Shown here piece after piece: positions 1 through 8,563 of a stretch of 64,000 nucleotides of DNA. Below the pieces are notes generated by a model, which worked only from the letters and a program-made list of their open reading frames with translations, searched no databases and was not told the origin of the DNA. The position numbers were made by a program, and so were the translations under genes. This DNA comes from Rhodospirillales bacterium (GTDB lineage Bacteria; Pseudomonadota; Alphaproteobacteria; Rhodospirillales; Casp-alpha2): assembly GCA_048263775.1 (NCBI GenBank), contig JBLXDU010000005.1, forward strand, positions 76,953 through 140,952. The letters run 5' to 3'. Every line of letters begins with the position of its first letter. The stretch's first letter is position 1.

Positions 1-46
1 TACAAAAGGGGCTGGGTTCAATAGTCCAACAGAGAGGAAATGTCAC

Positions 47-904
47 ATGTCTCAATCAACGCAAAGCCGTCCTGATGGTGAAGGCCCGCCCGTCAAGGTC
101 TACTGGCAGCCCGGCTGCTCCAGTTGCCTGAAAACAAAAGAATTCCTGCTCGAGCACGGAATCCCCTTCGTCTCGGTCAACGTGATCGAGGACGAGGAAG
201 GCTTCAAGGAACTGGAAGCGCTCGGCGTGCGCCTGGTGCCGATCGTCGCCAAGGGCGATAAATGGGCCAACGGTGCCGTGTTCCGCGATGTCGCCAAGGT
301 CGCCGGGTTCGACTACGACGGCCACAAGATGCTCAGTCCAGAGGACATGAAGGACAAGGTCCTGCAGAACCTGGATGCCGCCGGGCGCTACCTTGCGCAG
401 ATTCCCGAAGATCGCCTGGACGAACTTCTGCCGGGCCGCCCGCGCTCCTACCGGCAGTTGGTCTATCACGTCTTCAACATCGCCGACGTGTTCCTGAACC
501 GGGTCGAGAACGATACGCCCTATACTTACGACGCCCTGAAATCCATCCTGCCCGGAACCATGAAAAGCAAACAGGACCTGCTGGATTACGGCGCGAATAC
601 CCGGACCCGCTTTGCCGCCTGGTGGGACCGCGACGGCAAGACCACGGACTTCAAACAGCCGGGCAAGGTCTACTACGGCGAGGTGACGCTCCATGAGGTT
701 CTGGAACGCACGGGCTGGCATACGGGCCAGCACACCCGCCAGATCATCCTGATGCTGCGGGAAAAACTGGGGATCGAACCCAACGGCCCCCTGACCGACG
801 CCGATTTTGCGGGCTTGCCGATCCCTAAGAACGTGTGGGACAACGAACGGTCGTTCGACGAAGCCTCCTTCGCCGGACCGGCGGAAACCCGCGCGGCCGA
901 ATAG
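47..904 (+). CDS. Glutaredoxin-like (CxxC thioredoxin fold) domain fused to a DinB/YfiT-like domain protein
   Basis: 285-aa ORF. N-terminus VKVYWQPGCSSCLKTKEFL is a glutaredoxin/NrdH-type CxxC motif. The C-terminal half (YRQLVYHVFNIADVF ... GWHTGQHTRQI) looks like a DinB-family helical bundle with conserved His. AGAGGA SD-like run sits upstream of the ATG. Confidence 0.7.
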   Translation: MSQSTQSRPDGEGPPVKVYWQPGCSSCLKTKEFLLEHGIPFVSVNVIEDEEGFKELEALGVRLVPIVAKGDKWANGAVFRDVAKVAGFDYDGHKMLSPEDMKDKVLQNLDAAGRYLAQIPEDRLDELLPGRPRSYRQLVYHVFNIADVFLNRVENDTPYTYDALKSILPGTMKSKQDLLDYGANTRTRFAAWWDRDGKTTDFKQPGKVYYGEVTLHEVLERTGWHTGQHTRQIILMLREKLGIEPNGPLTDADFAGLPIPKNVWDNERSFDEASFAGPAETRAAE

Positions 905-937
905 GGCCCGACGAAAACCAAAAGAGAGGACATCCAA

Positions 938-1639
938 TTGACCGATTTCACGCCGGAGGACCTGGCGGTCCTGACCCAATGGGACACGCCGACCATCTGC
1001 AACGCCTTGGAAGAGATCGTCCCGGAACGGCGGGGCCACGGCTATACCACCGAGCCGCTGGTGCCGCTTGACCCTGACCTTAAGCCGATCTGCGGCTATG
1101 CCCGCACGGCGACCATCCGCGCCGCCGAGCCGCCCAACGAAACGCCGGCGGAAATGGCGGCCAAACGCGAAGCCTATTACGAATACATCGCCCAGGGCCC
1201 CAAGCCGACCGTGGTGGTGATCCAGGACATCGACCCCCGGCCCGGCTACGGCGCGTTCTGGGGTGAGGTTCAGACCACCGTGCACAAGGGGCTGGGTGCG
1301 GTCGGCGGCGTGACCAACGGATCGTTCCGCGATCTGAAGGACAGTGCCCGCGGCTTCAACCTGATCGGCGGCGAAGTCGGCCCGTCCCATGCCTGGGTCC
1401 ATGTCGTCGACATCGATTGTCAGGTGACCATCCACGGCATGACCGTGGTCACCAACAACATCATCCACGCCGACCATCATGGCGCGGTGATGATCCCCGA
1501 CGAAGCGGTCAAGCAGATCCCCGAGGTCGTGGCCCGGATTACCCGCCGCGAAGCGGTGATCCTGACCGCCGCCAAGGCGCCGGACTTCGACATCGACAAG
1601 TTGAAGGCCGCCATGAAGGGCGCGAAGGAGATTCACTAA
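938..1639 (+). CDS. RraA family protein (RraA / 4-hydroxy-4-methyl-2-oxoglutarate aldolase-like)
   Basis: 233-aa ORF with the typical RraA-like core (GEVQTTVHKGLGAVGGVTNGSFRD). TTG start preceded by AGAGAGGA about 8 nt upstream. Confidence 0.75.
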   Translation: MTDFTPEDLAVLTQWDTPTICNALEEIVPERRGHGYTTEPLVPLDPDLKPICGYARTATIRAAEPPNETPAEMAAKREAYYEYIAQGPKPTVVVIQDIDPRPGYGAFWGEVQTTVHKGLGAVGGVTNGSFRDLKDSARGFNLIGGEVGPSHAWVHVVDIDCQVTIHGMTVVTNNIIHADHHGAVMIPDEAVKQIPEVVARITRREAVILTAAKAPDFDIDKLKAAMKGAKEIH

Positions 1640-1671
1640 TCCCCTTCGGTTCCGTTCGATTGCGTTTCAGG

Positions 1672-1706
1672 AAAGGCCCGCCGCACCCCGGCGGGCCTTT
1701 TCTTAT
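1672..1706. terminator. Bidirectional Rho-independent terminator hairpin between convergent genes
   Basis: AAAGGCCCGCCG-loop-CGGCGGGCCTTTTCTTATTT: GC-rich stem flanked by an A-run and a T-run. It lies between the stop at 1639 (+) and the stop at 1703 (-). Confidence 0.6.
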
Positions 1707-2017
1707 TTGATGCAGGCGGTCAGGGCATCGGTCACCAGGGCCGCCGTGGCGACGGTCGCCGTCGACATGGAAAAGCCCGAGCCGCCGCCGGTCTTGTCGG
1801 CGACGAAGGTGGTGAGGGCCGCCGGCGGCACGGTCTGCGCCAGGCGCTTCAGCGCGCAGGTGCAGGCCGTTTCCGTGCTGCCGCCCTTGCCCGTGCACCA
1901 GTCCATGAACTGACCGCTCAGATCGCTGGGATAGGCATCAAGCGCGCGGGCACTCTGTCCCGCGACAACGGTCAGCAGCAGGGTGGCGGCAATCAGGCGA
2001 AGGGTTTTCATGGCCAA
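1703..2017 (-). CDS. Small secreted cysteine-containing hypothetical protein
   Basis: 104-aa ORF with signal peptide MAMKTLRLIAATLLLTVVAGQSARA. AAAGGAG SD about 7 nt upstream of the ATG. G/C-rich third codon positions. Confidence 0.55.
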   Translation of the reverse strand: MAMKTLRLIAATLLLTVVAGQSARALDAYPSDLSGQFMDWCTGKGGSTETACTCALKRLAQTVPPAALTTFVADKTGGGSGFSMSTATVATAALVTDALTACIK

Positions 2018-2040
2018 AGGCTCCTTTGGATCGGGAGAAA

Positions 2041-3180
2041 TCAGGAAATCACACTACGGGAAATCAGATAGCGGTCGAACAGCTTTCCATCGGCGTTGAA
2101 GCCCAGGCCCGGACGGTCGGCGGAGAGCGTCATCTTAGGGTCGAACGGGTCGATCAGGTCGTGGGGGTTTTCTTCGTATTCGATGAAGGCCGTTTCCAAC
2201 CATTCGGGTTCGGGCTGCGCGGCGATGATATGGGCCGTCGCCACGTAACCGGGCCCCCAGTAGAAGCTGTGCGGCACGACGCGCAGGCCCGCCGCCCGGC
2301 CCATGGGAAAGACCTCTTTCATCGTCGACAGGCCGCCCATCTTGGCGACCGAAGGCTGGATGATGTCGAAGGCGCCCGACTGGATGGCGCGGGCGAATTC
2401 GGTCAGGGAGGCGACGTTCTCGCCGCCGGAAATCCCCGTCCCCTCACGGCGCACACGGGCCAGCCCGTCGAAATCCTCTGGCGGCCAGACCGGTTCTTCC
2501 AGCCACAGAAAGCCGCCTTTTACATGTTCCCGTTCCTTCAGTTCACGGGCCACGCCGCAGGCTTCCTCGACGGTCCAGGGGCAGTTGACGTCAAGCGTGA
2601 TGGCAACCCCTTCGGGCGCCGCTTCACGCGCGGCCATGAAGGCGGGCATGTCCCGTTCGTGCAGCTTGACCATGGGAAAGCCCAGGCCGGCGGCGCGGTC
2701 CGTATTGCGGGCGACGGCGTCCGTATCGCCGCCATACCGCATCAGTGAGGCATAACGGATGACCGTGGCGTCGCCGGCCGGCCCGCCCAGCAACTGATAC
2801 AGCGGCTTGCCGGCCTGCTTGGCCCGCAGATCCCACAGCGCGGTATCGAGGGCCGACAGCGCGTACATGCAGGGCCCATGACGGCCGAAGCCGAAGAACG
2901 ACTTATGGGCACCGTCCATCAGGGCCTCCAAATCCGTCTCGTCGCGGCCGATGAACCAAGGGGCGATCAGGTCCTTGAGCATGGCTTCCGTACCGGGGTT
3001 GGAGAAATGGCCGAAGCCCTCGCCCCAGCCATCAAGCCCGTCCGCCGTCTCGATACGGACCATCAGGGATTCGTTGACGACCCAGGGGTTGGTGTTCAGG
3101 CCGGGACGCATGCCCTGGCGCGGGCCGCCCGTATCGAAGGGAACACCGACGCGGAGGATTTCAATGGATGTGATGGTCAT
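2041..3180 (-). CDS. Enolase-superfamily enzyme (mandelate racemase / muconate lactonizing enzyme family)
   Basis: 379-aa ORF. The N-terminal capping domain pattern (ITSIEILRVGVPF ... VRIETADGLDGWGEG) and barrel-domain layout are typical of the MR/MLE family. Confidence 0.85.
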   Translation of the reverse strand: MTITSIEILRVGVPFDTGGPRQGMRPGLNTNPWVVNESLMVRIETADGLDGWGEGFGHFSNPGTEAMLKDLIAPWFIGRDETDLEALMDGAHKSFFGFGRHGPCMYALSALDTALWDLRAKQAGKPLYQLLGGPAGDATVIRYASLMRYGGDTDAVARNTDRAAGLGFPMVKLHERDMPAFMAAREAAPEGVAITLDVNCPWTVEEACGVARELKEREHVKGGFLWLEEPVWPPEDFDGLARVRREGTGISGGENVASLTEFARAIQSGAFDIIQPSVAKMGGLSTMKEVFPMGRAAGLRVVPHSFYWGPGYVATAHIIAAQPEPEWLETAFIEYEENPHDLIDPFDPKMTLSADRPGLGFNADGKLFDRYLISRSVIS

Positions 3181-3221
3181 GGATCAGGCTCTTGGTCTTG
3201 GGGGATGGAATAACAGAGGGC

Positions 3222-3252
3222 GAAAATGGAACCGGCCCCGAAGGGCCGGTTC
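3222..3252 (-). terminator. Rho-independent terminator downstream of the small His-rich protein gene
   Basis: Perfect 10-bp stem GAACCGGCCC-CGAA-GGGCCGGTTC (3229..3252), followed on the minus strand by CATTTTC. It lies 29 nt after the stop at 3281. Confidence 0.6.
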
Positions 3253-3280
3253 GACGTAATGGTGTCAGCAATCCTGCAGA

Positions 3281-3532
3281 TCAGTGGTGCTTTTCGCCCA
3301 GCAGGTGCAGGGCTTCGTGGAGTGCCTTCAGGCTTTCGCCATGCTTGCCGGCTTTGTGCATCGCGTCACCTTCGGCCATCAGGGCTTGGGCCTTGGCCTT
3401 GTTTTCCGCCGAGGCGGAGGATTTGGCGAGCGCTTCCTTGACGTGCTTGACGTCCTTCGGGCAATGGCCGGCGTAAGCAGGTGACGCGGCGAGCAACAAT
3501 GCGGCCGCGGCGGACAGGATCAACTTGTTCAT
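3281..3532 (-). CDS. Small periplasmic His-rich helical protein (SmbP-like small metal-binding protein candidate)
   Basis: 83-aa ORF with signal peptide MNKLILSAAAALLLAASPAYA. The mature part is His/Lys/Ala/Glu-rich with spaced His (GHCPKDVKHVKEAL ... HKAGKHGESLKALHEALHLLGEKHH). Confidence 0.6.
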   Translation of the reverse strand: MNKLILSAAAALLLAASPAYAGHCPKDVKHVKEALAKSSASAENKAKAQALMAEGDAMHKAGKHGESLKALHEALHLLGEKHH

Positions 3533-3601
3533 GGTGTCAGCCTCCCAGACTGGTGGATAAGGCCCAAGTATCTCATGGAACGGGAAGCTGGGAAATCCGC
3601 A

Positions 3602-4216
3602 TTATCTGATATTCGCGATCTCGTGATCGTGGCGCCGGGCCAGCAAGAGCTGCGCCAGGATCGCGCCGATCAAGGCCATGAACATGTCCCACTGGCTGTC
3701 CCACACGTCGCCCTGGGTACCCAGGAATTCCATCGCCCCCTGCCCCAGAAGGACCGCCGCCCACCATTCGATCAACTCGTAAAATGCGCTGAACGCCAGG
3801 CAGATGCAGACGACGACGAAGAACAACATGCGTCCCCGCGCCATGAACCCCTGTCGGATCAAAATCTCCCTGGCCAGGATGGCGGGAACGAAACCCTGGA
3901 AGAAATGCCCGATGCGATCATACGGATTACGCGCCAAATCAAAAATATCCTGAAACCAGAACCCCAGCGGCACATGAGCATAGGTGTAATGGCCGCCCAG
4001 GATCAGCGCCAGGCCGTGCAGGAAGGCCAGGCGGTAAAGCAGCGGCGTCAGGGGGAAGCCGCGCTGGGTCGCCGCCATCAGGACCAGGGCGACCATCACC
4101 GGCAGGACTTCCATGAACCAGATCAGGTGGTCCGCCGGGCCGATGGCGGAGGCCCCCAGCGCCACCAGCCACAGCAGGCCGAGAACGGCGGGTTCGCGGA
4201 CCCCGGCGGGGCTCAT
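3602..4216 (-). CDS. DUF2238 / YjdF-like inner membrane protein
   Basis: 204-aa polytopic membrane ORF (HYTYAHVPLGFWFQDIFDLARNPYDRIGHFFQGFVPA). Its ATG overlaps the stop of the upstream acyl-CoA dehydrogenase gene (ATGA at 4213..4216). Confidence 0.75.
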   Translation of the reverse strand: MSPAGVREPAVLGLLWLVALGASAIGPADHLIWFMEVLPVMVALVLMAATQRGFPLTPLLYRLAFLHGLALILGGHYTYAHVPLGFWFQDIFDLARNPYDRIGHFFQGFVPAILAREILIRQGFMARGRMLFFVVVCICLAFSAFYELIEWWAAVLLGQGAMEFLGTQGDVWDSQWDMFMALIGAILAQLLLARRHDHEIANIR

Positions 4217-5346
4217 GCCATGTCCGCCAGGCGGTCCAGGTGATGGGCCCGGTCGCCGAAACTGTGGTCGATCAGGGTCAGGCGCTTGAAGTAATGGCCC
4301 ACGGGCATCTCATCCGTCACGCCCATGCCGCCGTGCAGTTGCACCGCTTCCTGGCCGATCAGGCGCCCCGCCTGCCCGGCCTTGGCCTTGGCCTGCGAGG
4401 CCGCGCGGCGGGCGGCCACACGGTCGTCGCCATCCTGGCGCACGGCGGCCATATAGGCGAGCGAGCGGGTCAGTTCCGTATCCATGTACATCTCCGTGGC
4501 GCGATGCTGCAGGGCCTGAAAATCGCCCAAGGGGCGACCGAACTGTTTGCGCTCCTTCAGGAACGCGACTGTATCACGGGTGAGCGCCGCCATCAGCCCC
4601 GCAGCCTCCGCCGACACCAGGGCGGCCGCCCGGTCGATTGCCGTCTCGGCCAAGGCCAGGCCGCTATCCACCGCGCCCAACACGGCCTCGGCACCGACCC
4701 GCACGCCGTCCAACGCGACATCCCCGGCACGCAGGCCGTCGACCGTGGGATAATCCGTGACCGTCAGGCCGGGGGCATCGGCATCGATCAGGAACAGCGT
4801 GATCCCGCCGTCATCCCGCTCCCCGCCCGAGGTGCGGGCCGTCACCGCGATCTTGTCCGCCGTCCCGGCATGGAGGGCGACGGTCTTCACGCCGTCCAGA
4901 ACAAAGCCGCTTCCGTCCGCCTTGGCGCGAGTCCGCACATCGTTCAGGTCATAGCGCGATTGCGCTTCCGAATAGGCGAAGGACAGATGCAGTTCCCCTG
5001 CCGCCAGACGCGGCAGCAGGTCCGCCTGAACGTCTTCTGAAGCCCCGTCGCGAACCAGCGTGCCCCCCAGCACCACGGTCGCCAGGAACGGCTCAACCGC
5101 CAAGCCGCCGCCCATGGCTTCCATCAGGATCGCCATGTCGACCGTGCCGCCGCCGATGCCGCCCAGGTCTTCGGAAATGCCGAGCGCCAGCCAACCCATA
5201 TCGGCGAAGCGTGCCCAGGTATCCCGGCAAAAACCACCCGGCAGGGCCTGATGCTTGCGACGGGCCTCCAGGCCATAATCGTCGCGAAAGAAGCGTTCCG
5301 CCATGTCACGGATCAGGATTTGTTCGTCGGAGAAGGTGAAGTTCAT
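4213..5346 (-). CDS. Acyl-CoA dehydrogenase family protein (second of a tandem pair)
   Basis: The track ORF 4213..5496 has an Arg/Ala-rich implausible N-terminus. The internal ATG at 5346 gives MNFTFSDEQILIRDMAERFF, a typical ACAD N-terminus, 16 nt after the upstream ACAD stop. Confidence 0.85.
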   Translation of the reverse strand: MNFTFSDEQILIRDMAERFFRDDYGLEARRKHQALPGGFCRDTWARFADMGWLALGISEDLGGIGGGTVDMAILMEAMGGGLAVEPFLATVVLGGTLVRDGASEDVQADLLPRLAAGELHLSFAYSEAQSRYDLNDVRTRAKADGSGFVLDGVKTVALHAGTADKIAVTARTSGGERDDGGITLFLIDADAPGLTVTDYPTVDGLRAGDVALDGVRVGAEAVLGAVDSGLALAETAIDRAAALVSAEAAGLMAALTRDTVAFLKERKQFGRPLGDFQALQHRATEMYMDTELTRSLAYMAAVRQDGDDRVAARRAASQAKAKAGQAGRLIGQEAVQLHGGMGVTDEMPVGHYFKRLTLIDHSFGDRAHHLDRLADMA

Positions 5347-5362
5347 GGTCTTGGAGTATCCG

Positions 5363-6571
5363 TCAAAGGCCGAGGATCGCCTTGGCAATGATGCTGCGTT
5401 GGATTTCGTTGCTGCCGCCGTAGATCGAGGCCTTGCGCCAGTTGAAGTAATGGCTGGCCACGGTCGCCGCATGTTCCGGCACGGGCGGGCCATCATTGTC
5501 GGCCCCGGGCCACTCGTCGTCCAGGATGCCCGGATCGAAGGGATGGGCCCGGTTGCCGACGGCTTCCAGCAGCAATTCGGTAATACCCTGCTGCACCTGG
5601 GTGCCTTTCAGTTTGAGGATCGAGGCCTCGGGTCCCGGCTTGCGCCCGGCCGCTTCCTCGGATAACAGGCGCAGCTCAGTCATCTCAAGCGCCGTCAGTT
5701 CGATCTCGACCTCGGCCATGCGTTCGCGGAACCGGGCGTCCTCGATCAGCGGACAGCCGCGCTTCATTTCCTTGGCCGCGATGTCGCGCACGCGTTCCAT
5801 CTGCTTCTTGGAGCGCGCGACGCCGGCAATGCCGAACCGTTCATGGCTCAACAGGAACTTGGCGATCGTCCAGCCGTCGTTTTCCTTGCCCACCAGGTTT
5901 TCCACGGGCACGCGGACGTTTTCCAGGAACACGTCATTGATTTCCTGGCCACCGTCCAACGTTTTGATCGGGCGCACGGTGACGCCCGGCGTTGTCATGT
6001 CGATCAGCAGGAAGGAAATACCTTGCTGCTTCTTGCCTTCATTGGACGTACGCACCAGGCAGAATATCCAGTCCGCGTATTGCGCCAGGGTGGTCCAAGT
6101 CTTCTGGCCGTTGACGACATAATGGTCGCCATCCCGTTCGGCCCGGGTCGTCAGCGACGCCAGGTCGGAGCCCGCCCCCGGTTCGGAGAAGCCCTGACAC
6201 CACCAATCTTCACTGGCGAGGATGCGCGGCAGGAACCGCGCTTTTTGTTCGTCCGTGCCGAATTCGATCAGCACCGGGCCCAGCATCTTGAGCCCAAAGG
6301 TGATGAGTCGCGGGCTCGATGCCGCCGCCAGTTCTTCTTCGTACAGAAAGCGCTGCACGGGCGACCAGCCGGGGCCGCCGTATTCCTTGGGCCAGCTGGG
6401 GGCGATCCATCCCTGCCCGTGCAGAATACGCTGCCAGACGACGTAATCGTCCTTCACCAGCTTCAGGCCCAGATCGACCTTGCGCTTGATCGCGGGCGGA
6501 ATGTTGGCGCGCAGGAAGCCGCGCACGTGGTCTTGAAACGCCCGTTCCTCGGCTGTCAGATTCAGATCCAA
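5363..6571 (-). CDS. Acyl-CoA dehydrogenase family protein (first of a tandem pair)
   Basis: 402-aa ORF. MDLNLTAEERAFQDHVRGFL ... WPKEYGGPGWSP ... CQGFSEPGAGSD ... GGSNEIQRSIIAK are typical ACAD blocks. Confidence 0.9.
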   Translation of the reverse strand: MDLNLTAEERAFQDHVRGFLRANIPPAIKRKVDLGLKLVKDDYVVWQRILHGQGWIAPSWPKEYGGPGWSPVQRFLYEEELAAASSPRLITFGLKMLGPVLIEFGTDEQKARFLPRILASEDWWCQGFSEPGAGSDLASLTTRAERDGDHYVVNGQKTWTTLAQYADWIFCLVRTSNEGKKQQGISFLLIDMTTPGVTVRPIKTLDGGQEINDVFLENVRVPVENLVGKENDGWTIAKFLLSHERFGIAGVARSKKQMERVRDIAAKEMKRGCPLIEDARFRERMAEVEIELTALEMTELRLLSEEAAGRKPGPEASILKLKGTQVQQGITELLLEAVGNRAHPFDPGILDDEWPGADNDGPPVPEHAATVASHYFNWRKASIYGGSNEIQRSIIAKAILGL

Positions 6572-6600
6572 TGCACGTCTCCCCTAATGCTGGCTGATGC

Positions 6601-7446
6601 CTACCAGGATCCCTGGGCGGCAAATCCGCTTTGCATTTCCTTTTCGATGGTGCGCGCCACGTTGACCAGACGTGGCCCCCATTCCGCTTCCAGCTTTTCC
6701 GGCTTGTGCAAAAAGGCCGGGCCGCCGCAGTTGAGCGCCATCACCGTGGCCCCGTCCATGGACCGCAGCGGCACGCCGACCGCGTTGACGTCCTGCTGCC
6801 ATTCACCGAAGGACGTACAGAATCCCGTCTCGGCAACCTGACGCAGGGCGCGCTCCACCCCCTTGGCCATGGACGGCCAGGCGGCGCCGGCGCGCTCGGC
6901 CATGGCCGACATCAGGTAAGCCCGCTCGTTCTCAGGAATGGCGGCCAGAAAGGCCCGGCCCATGGCCGTGGTGGCGATGGGAATGTGCGAGCCGATGTCC
7001 AGGCGCAGCGTCACCGAACCGGCGTCCCGGGCATGTTCCAGATAAACCATGTTCAGACGGTCGCGGGAGCCGAGCGCCAGCGACAGTCCGGATGCGTTGG
7101 CCAGTTCCTGCATGTAGGGCCGCGCGATCTTGCGGATGTCCATATTGGCCAGCAACGAATAGCCCAGCGACAAAACCCCCGGCCCCAGCCGGTATTTGCC
7201 CAGGCGTTCCGCATGCGCCAGGTAACCCAAGCGGGTCAATGTGTGGGTCAGGCGCGATACCGTGGGTTTGGGCAGGCCCGTGCGCTCGGCGATGTCGCCG
7301 TTGCCAAGAACGCCGTCGCCGGGCTGAAACGCGCGCAATACACTTAGTCCCCGCGCCAACGCGGTGACGAACTGGCGGTCTTCGCCATCGGTCGCTTCGG
7401 GATAATCGCCCAGGGGCAAGACGCTGCGGTCGGCACGGCCAGCCAT
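6601..7446 (-). CDS. IclR family transcriptional regulator
   Basis: 281-aa ORF. N-terminal winged HTH (FVTALARGLSVLRAF ... NGDIAERTGLPKPTVSRLTHTLTRLGYL) followed by an IclR effector domain. Confidence 0.9.
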   Translation of the reverse strand: MAGRADRSVLPLGDYPEATDGEDRQFVTALARGLSVLRAFQPGDGVLGNGDIAERTGLPKPTVSRLTHTLTRLGYLAHAERLGKYRLGPGVLSLGYSLLANMDIRKIARPYMQELANASGLSLALGSRDRLNMVYLEHARDAGSVTLRLDIGSHIPIATTAMGRAFLAAIPENERAYLMSAMAERAGAAWPSMAKGVERALRQVAETGFCTSFGEWQQDVNAVGVPLRSMDGATVMALNCGGPAFLHKPEKLEAEWGPRLVNVARTIEKEMQSGFAAQGSW

Positions 7447-7568
7447 GGTTATTTTGTCCAGCGCGGGTGCGCGCCGTCTCCCTGATCAGGCCCGGGAGAA
7501 GGCCATCCCCACCCGAGCGGACGGCACTTTGTCATGACGGAATAATATGGTCAATTTTCGGAATTTAG

Positions 7569-7583
7569 TTTCGCATTGCGAAA
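7569..7583. promoter_or_regulatory. Perfect 7-1-7 palindrome TTTCGCA-T-TGCGAAA, candidate IclR operator
   Basis: Seen directly in an AT-rich stretch (AATTTAGTTTCGCATTGCGAAATTATAG), about 125 bp upstream of the iclR start at 7446 on the minus strand. Confidence 0.35.
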
Positions 7584-7618
7584 TTATAGCCTGTTATACG
7601 GCACCGTTCCGCGAATCC

Positions 7619-8563
7619 TTAGGCTTGTTTTTCCCGCCGTGCGGCAAGCGCCGCCAGCTTGGACCAGTAGATTTCAATCACCACGGCCCCGGTGACAACG
7701 ATGATCGCCACGGCCTGCAGCACCGACAGCTGGTCCCCCAGGAAGACCATTGCCAGAGCCGCCGCAATGATGGGTTTGAGAAAGAACAGATAACTTGCCC
7801 GCGTCATATCCGCCGCGGCTGCCAAGCCGCCGAACCACAGGAACTGGGTGATCGTCGTGTTCCACAAAGCCAGGGTCAGGATCCAGCCCCAGTTGGACAT
7901 CGGCCGATCGAACAACATGAGCGGATTGACCCAGATCGAAAACCCGAAACCGACCCCGACCCAAAGGCCAAGGCCGCCGATCATCATGGACAGGGCCGTC
8001 ACGTTCAGCGCCCCGTACTGGGCGATGACCGGCTTGACCCGAACGGCATAGAACGCACCGATCGTCGCGCAGGCCAGCGCCAGCAACACGCCCCAGATCG
8101 AATCCTGTCCGCCCACCAACTTGTCGAGAACACCATCCGTGATCAGCAGCACCAACCCGGCGACCGCGCACAGCCCAGTGACGATCTTGACGGCGGTCAG
8201 CGCCTGACCGCCGATCACCCTGTTGGCCAGCCCGACGAAAATGGGAACCGTCGTCACCACGGTCGCCACCTGAATCACGGTCGCGAAGTCCAATGCCCAA
8301 TGGAACGCCAGGTAACCGAAGGAAACCCCGACGATCGACAGCCACAGCATCTCCCAGGCATGGGTGCGCAGGGGCAGGAACAGCTTTCGCGGTCCCGTGA
8401 TCAACAGCGCAAGGACCATCAATCCCGCCCCGCCGAAAAGATAGCGCCAGACGGACAATTCCGGCCCCGCGATCCCCGATCCCACCGCAACGAATTCAGA
8501 AGACGCATGTCCGAGAACGCCCACGAACACCGCCAAATAGGCGAACCGCACCGGGATGTTCAC
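7619..8563 (-). CDS. DMT superfamily (EamA-like) transporter
   Basis: About 10 predicted TM segments. The track ORF extends to 8659, but a GTG at 8563 overlaps the upstream stop (GTGA) and gives VNIPVRFAYLAVFVGVLGHA, a plausible first TM. Confidence 0.8.
   Translation of the reverse strand: MNIPVRFAYLAVFVGVLGHASSEFVAVGSGIAGPELSVWRYLFGGAGLMVLALLITGPRKLFLPLRTHAWEMLWLSIVGVSFGYLAFHWALDFATVIQVATVVTTVPIFVGLANRVIGGQALTAVKIVTGLCAVAGLVLLITDGVLDKLVGGQDSIWGVLLALACATIGAFYAVRVKPVIAQYGALNVTALSMMIGGLGLWVGVGFGFSIWVNPLMLFDRPMSNWGWILTLALWNTTITQFLWFGGLAAAADMTRASYLFFLKPIIAAALAMVFLGDQLSVLQAVAIIVVTGAVVIEIYWSKLAALAARREKQA

Noticed and set aside
56-1636. A 526-aa minus-strand ORF.
   Set aside because: It is antisense to two plus-strand genes that have clear motifs (the glutaredoxin-like CxxC domain and the RraA core). 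It has no recognisable domains of its own.
5347-5496. N-terminal extensions of track ORFs. Examples are ACAD 4213..5496, hydrolase 8560..9582, DMT 7619..8659, GT4 20646..21929, DUF2007 47658..48065 and SBP 29167..30252.
   Set aside because: The extensions are Arg/Ser/Pro-rich and overlap the upstream gene. Internal ATG/GTG codons give family-typical N-termini and are supported by SD sequences or by ATGA/GTGA overlaps with the upstream stop.
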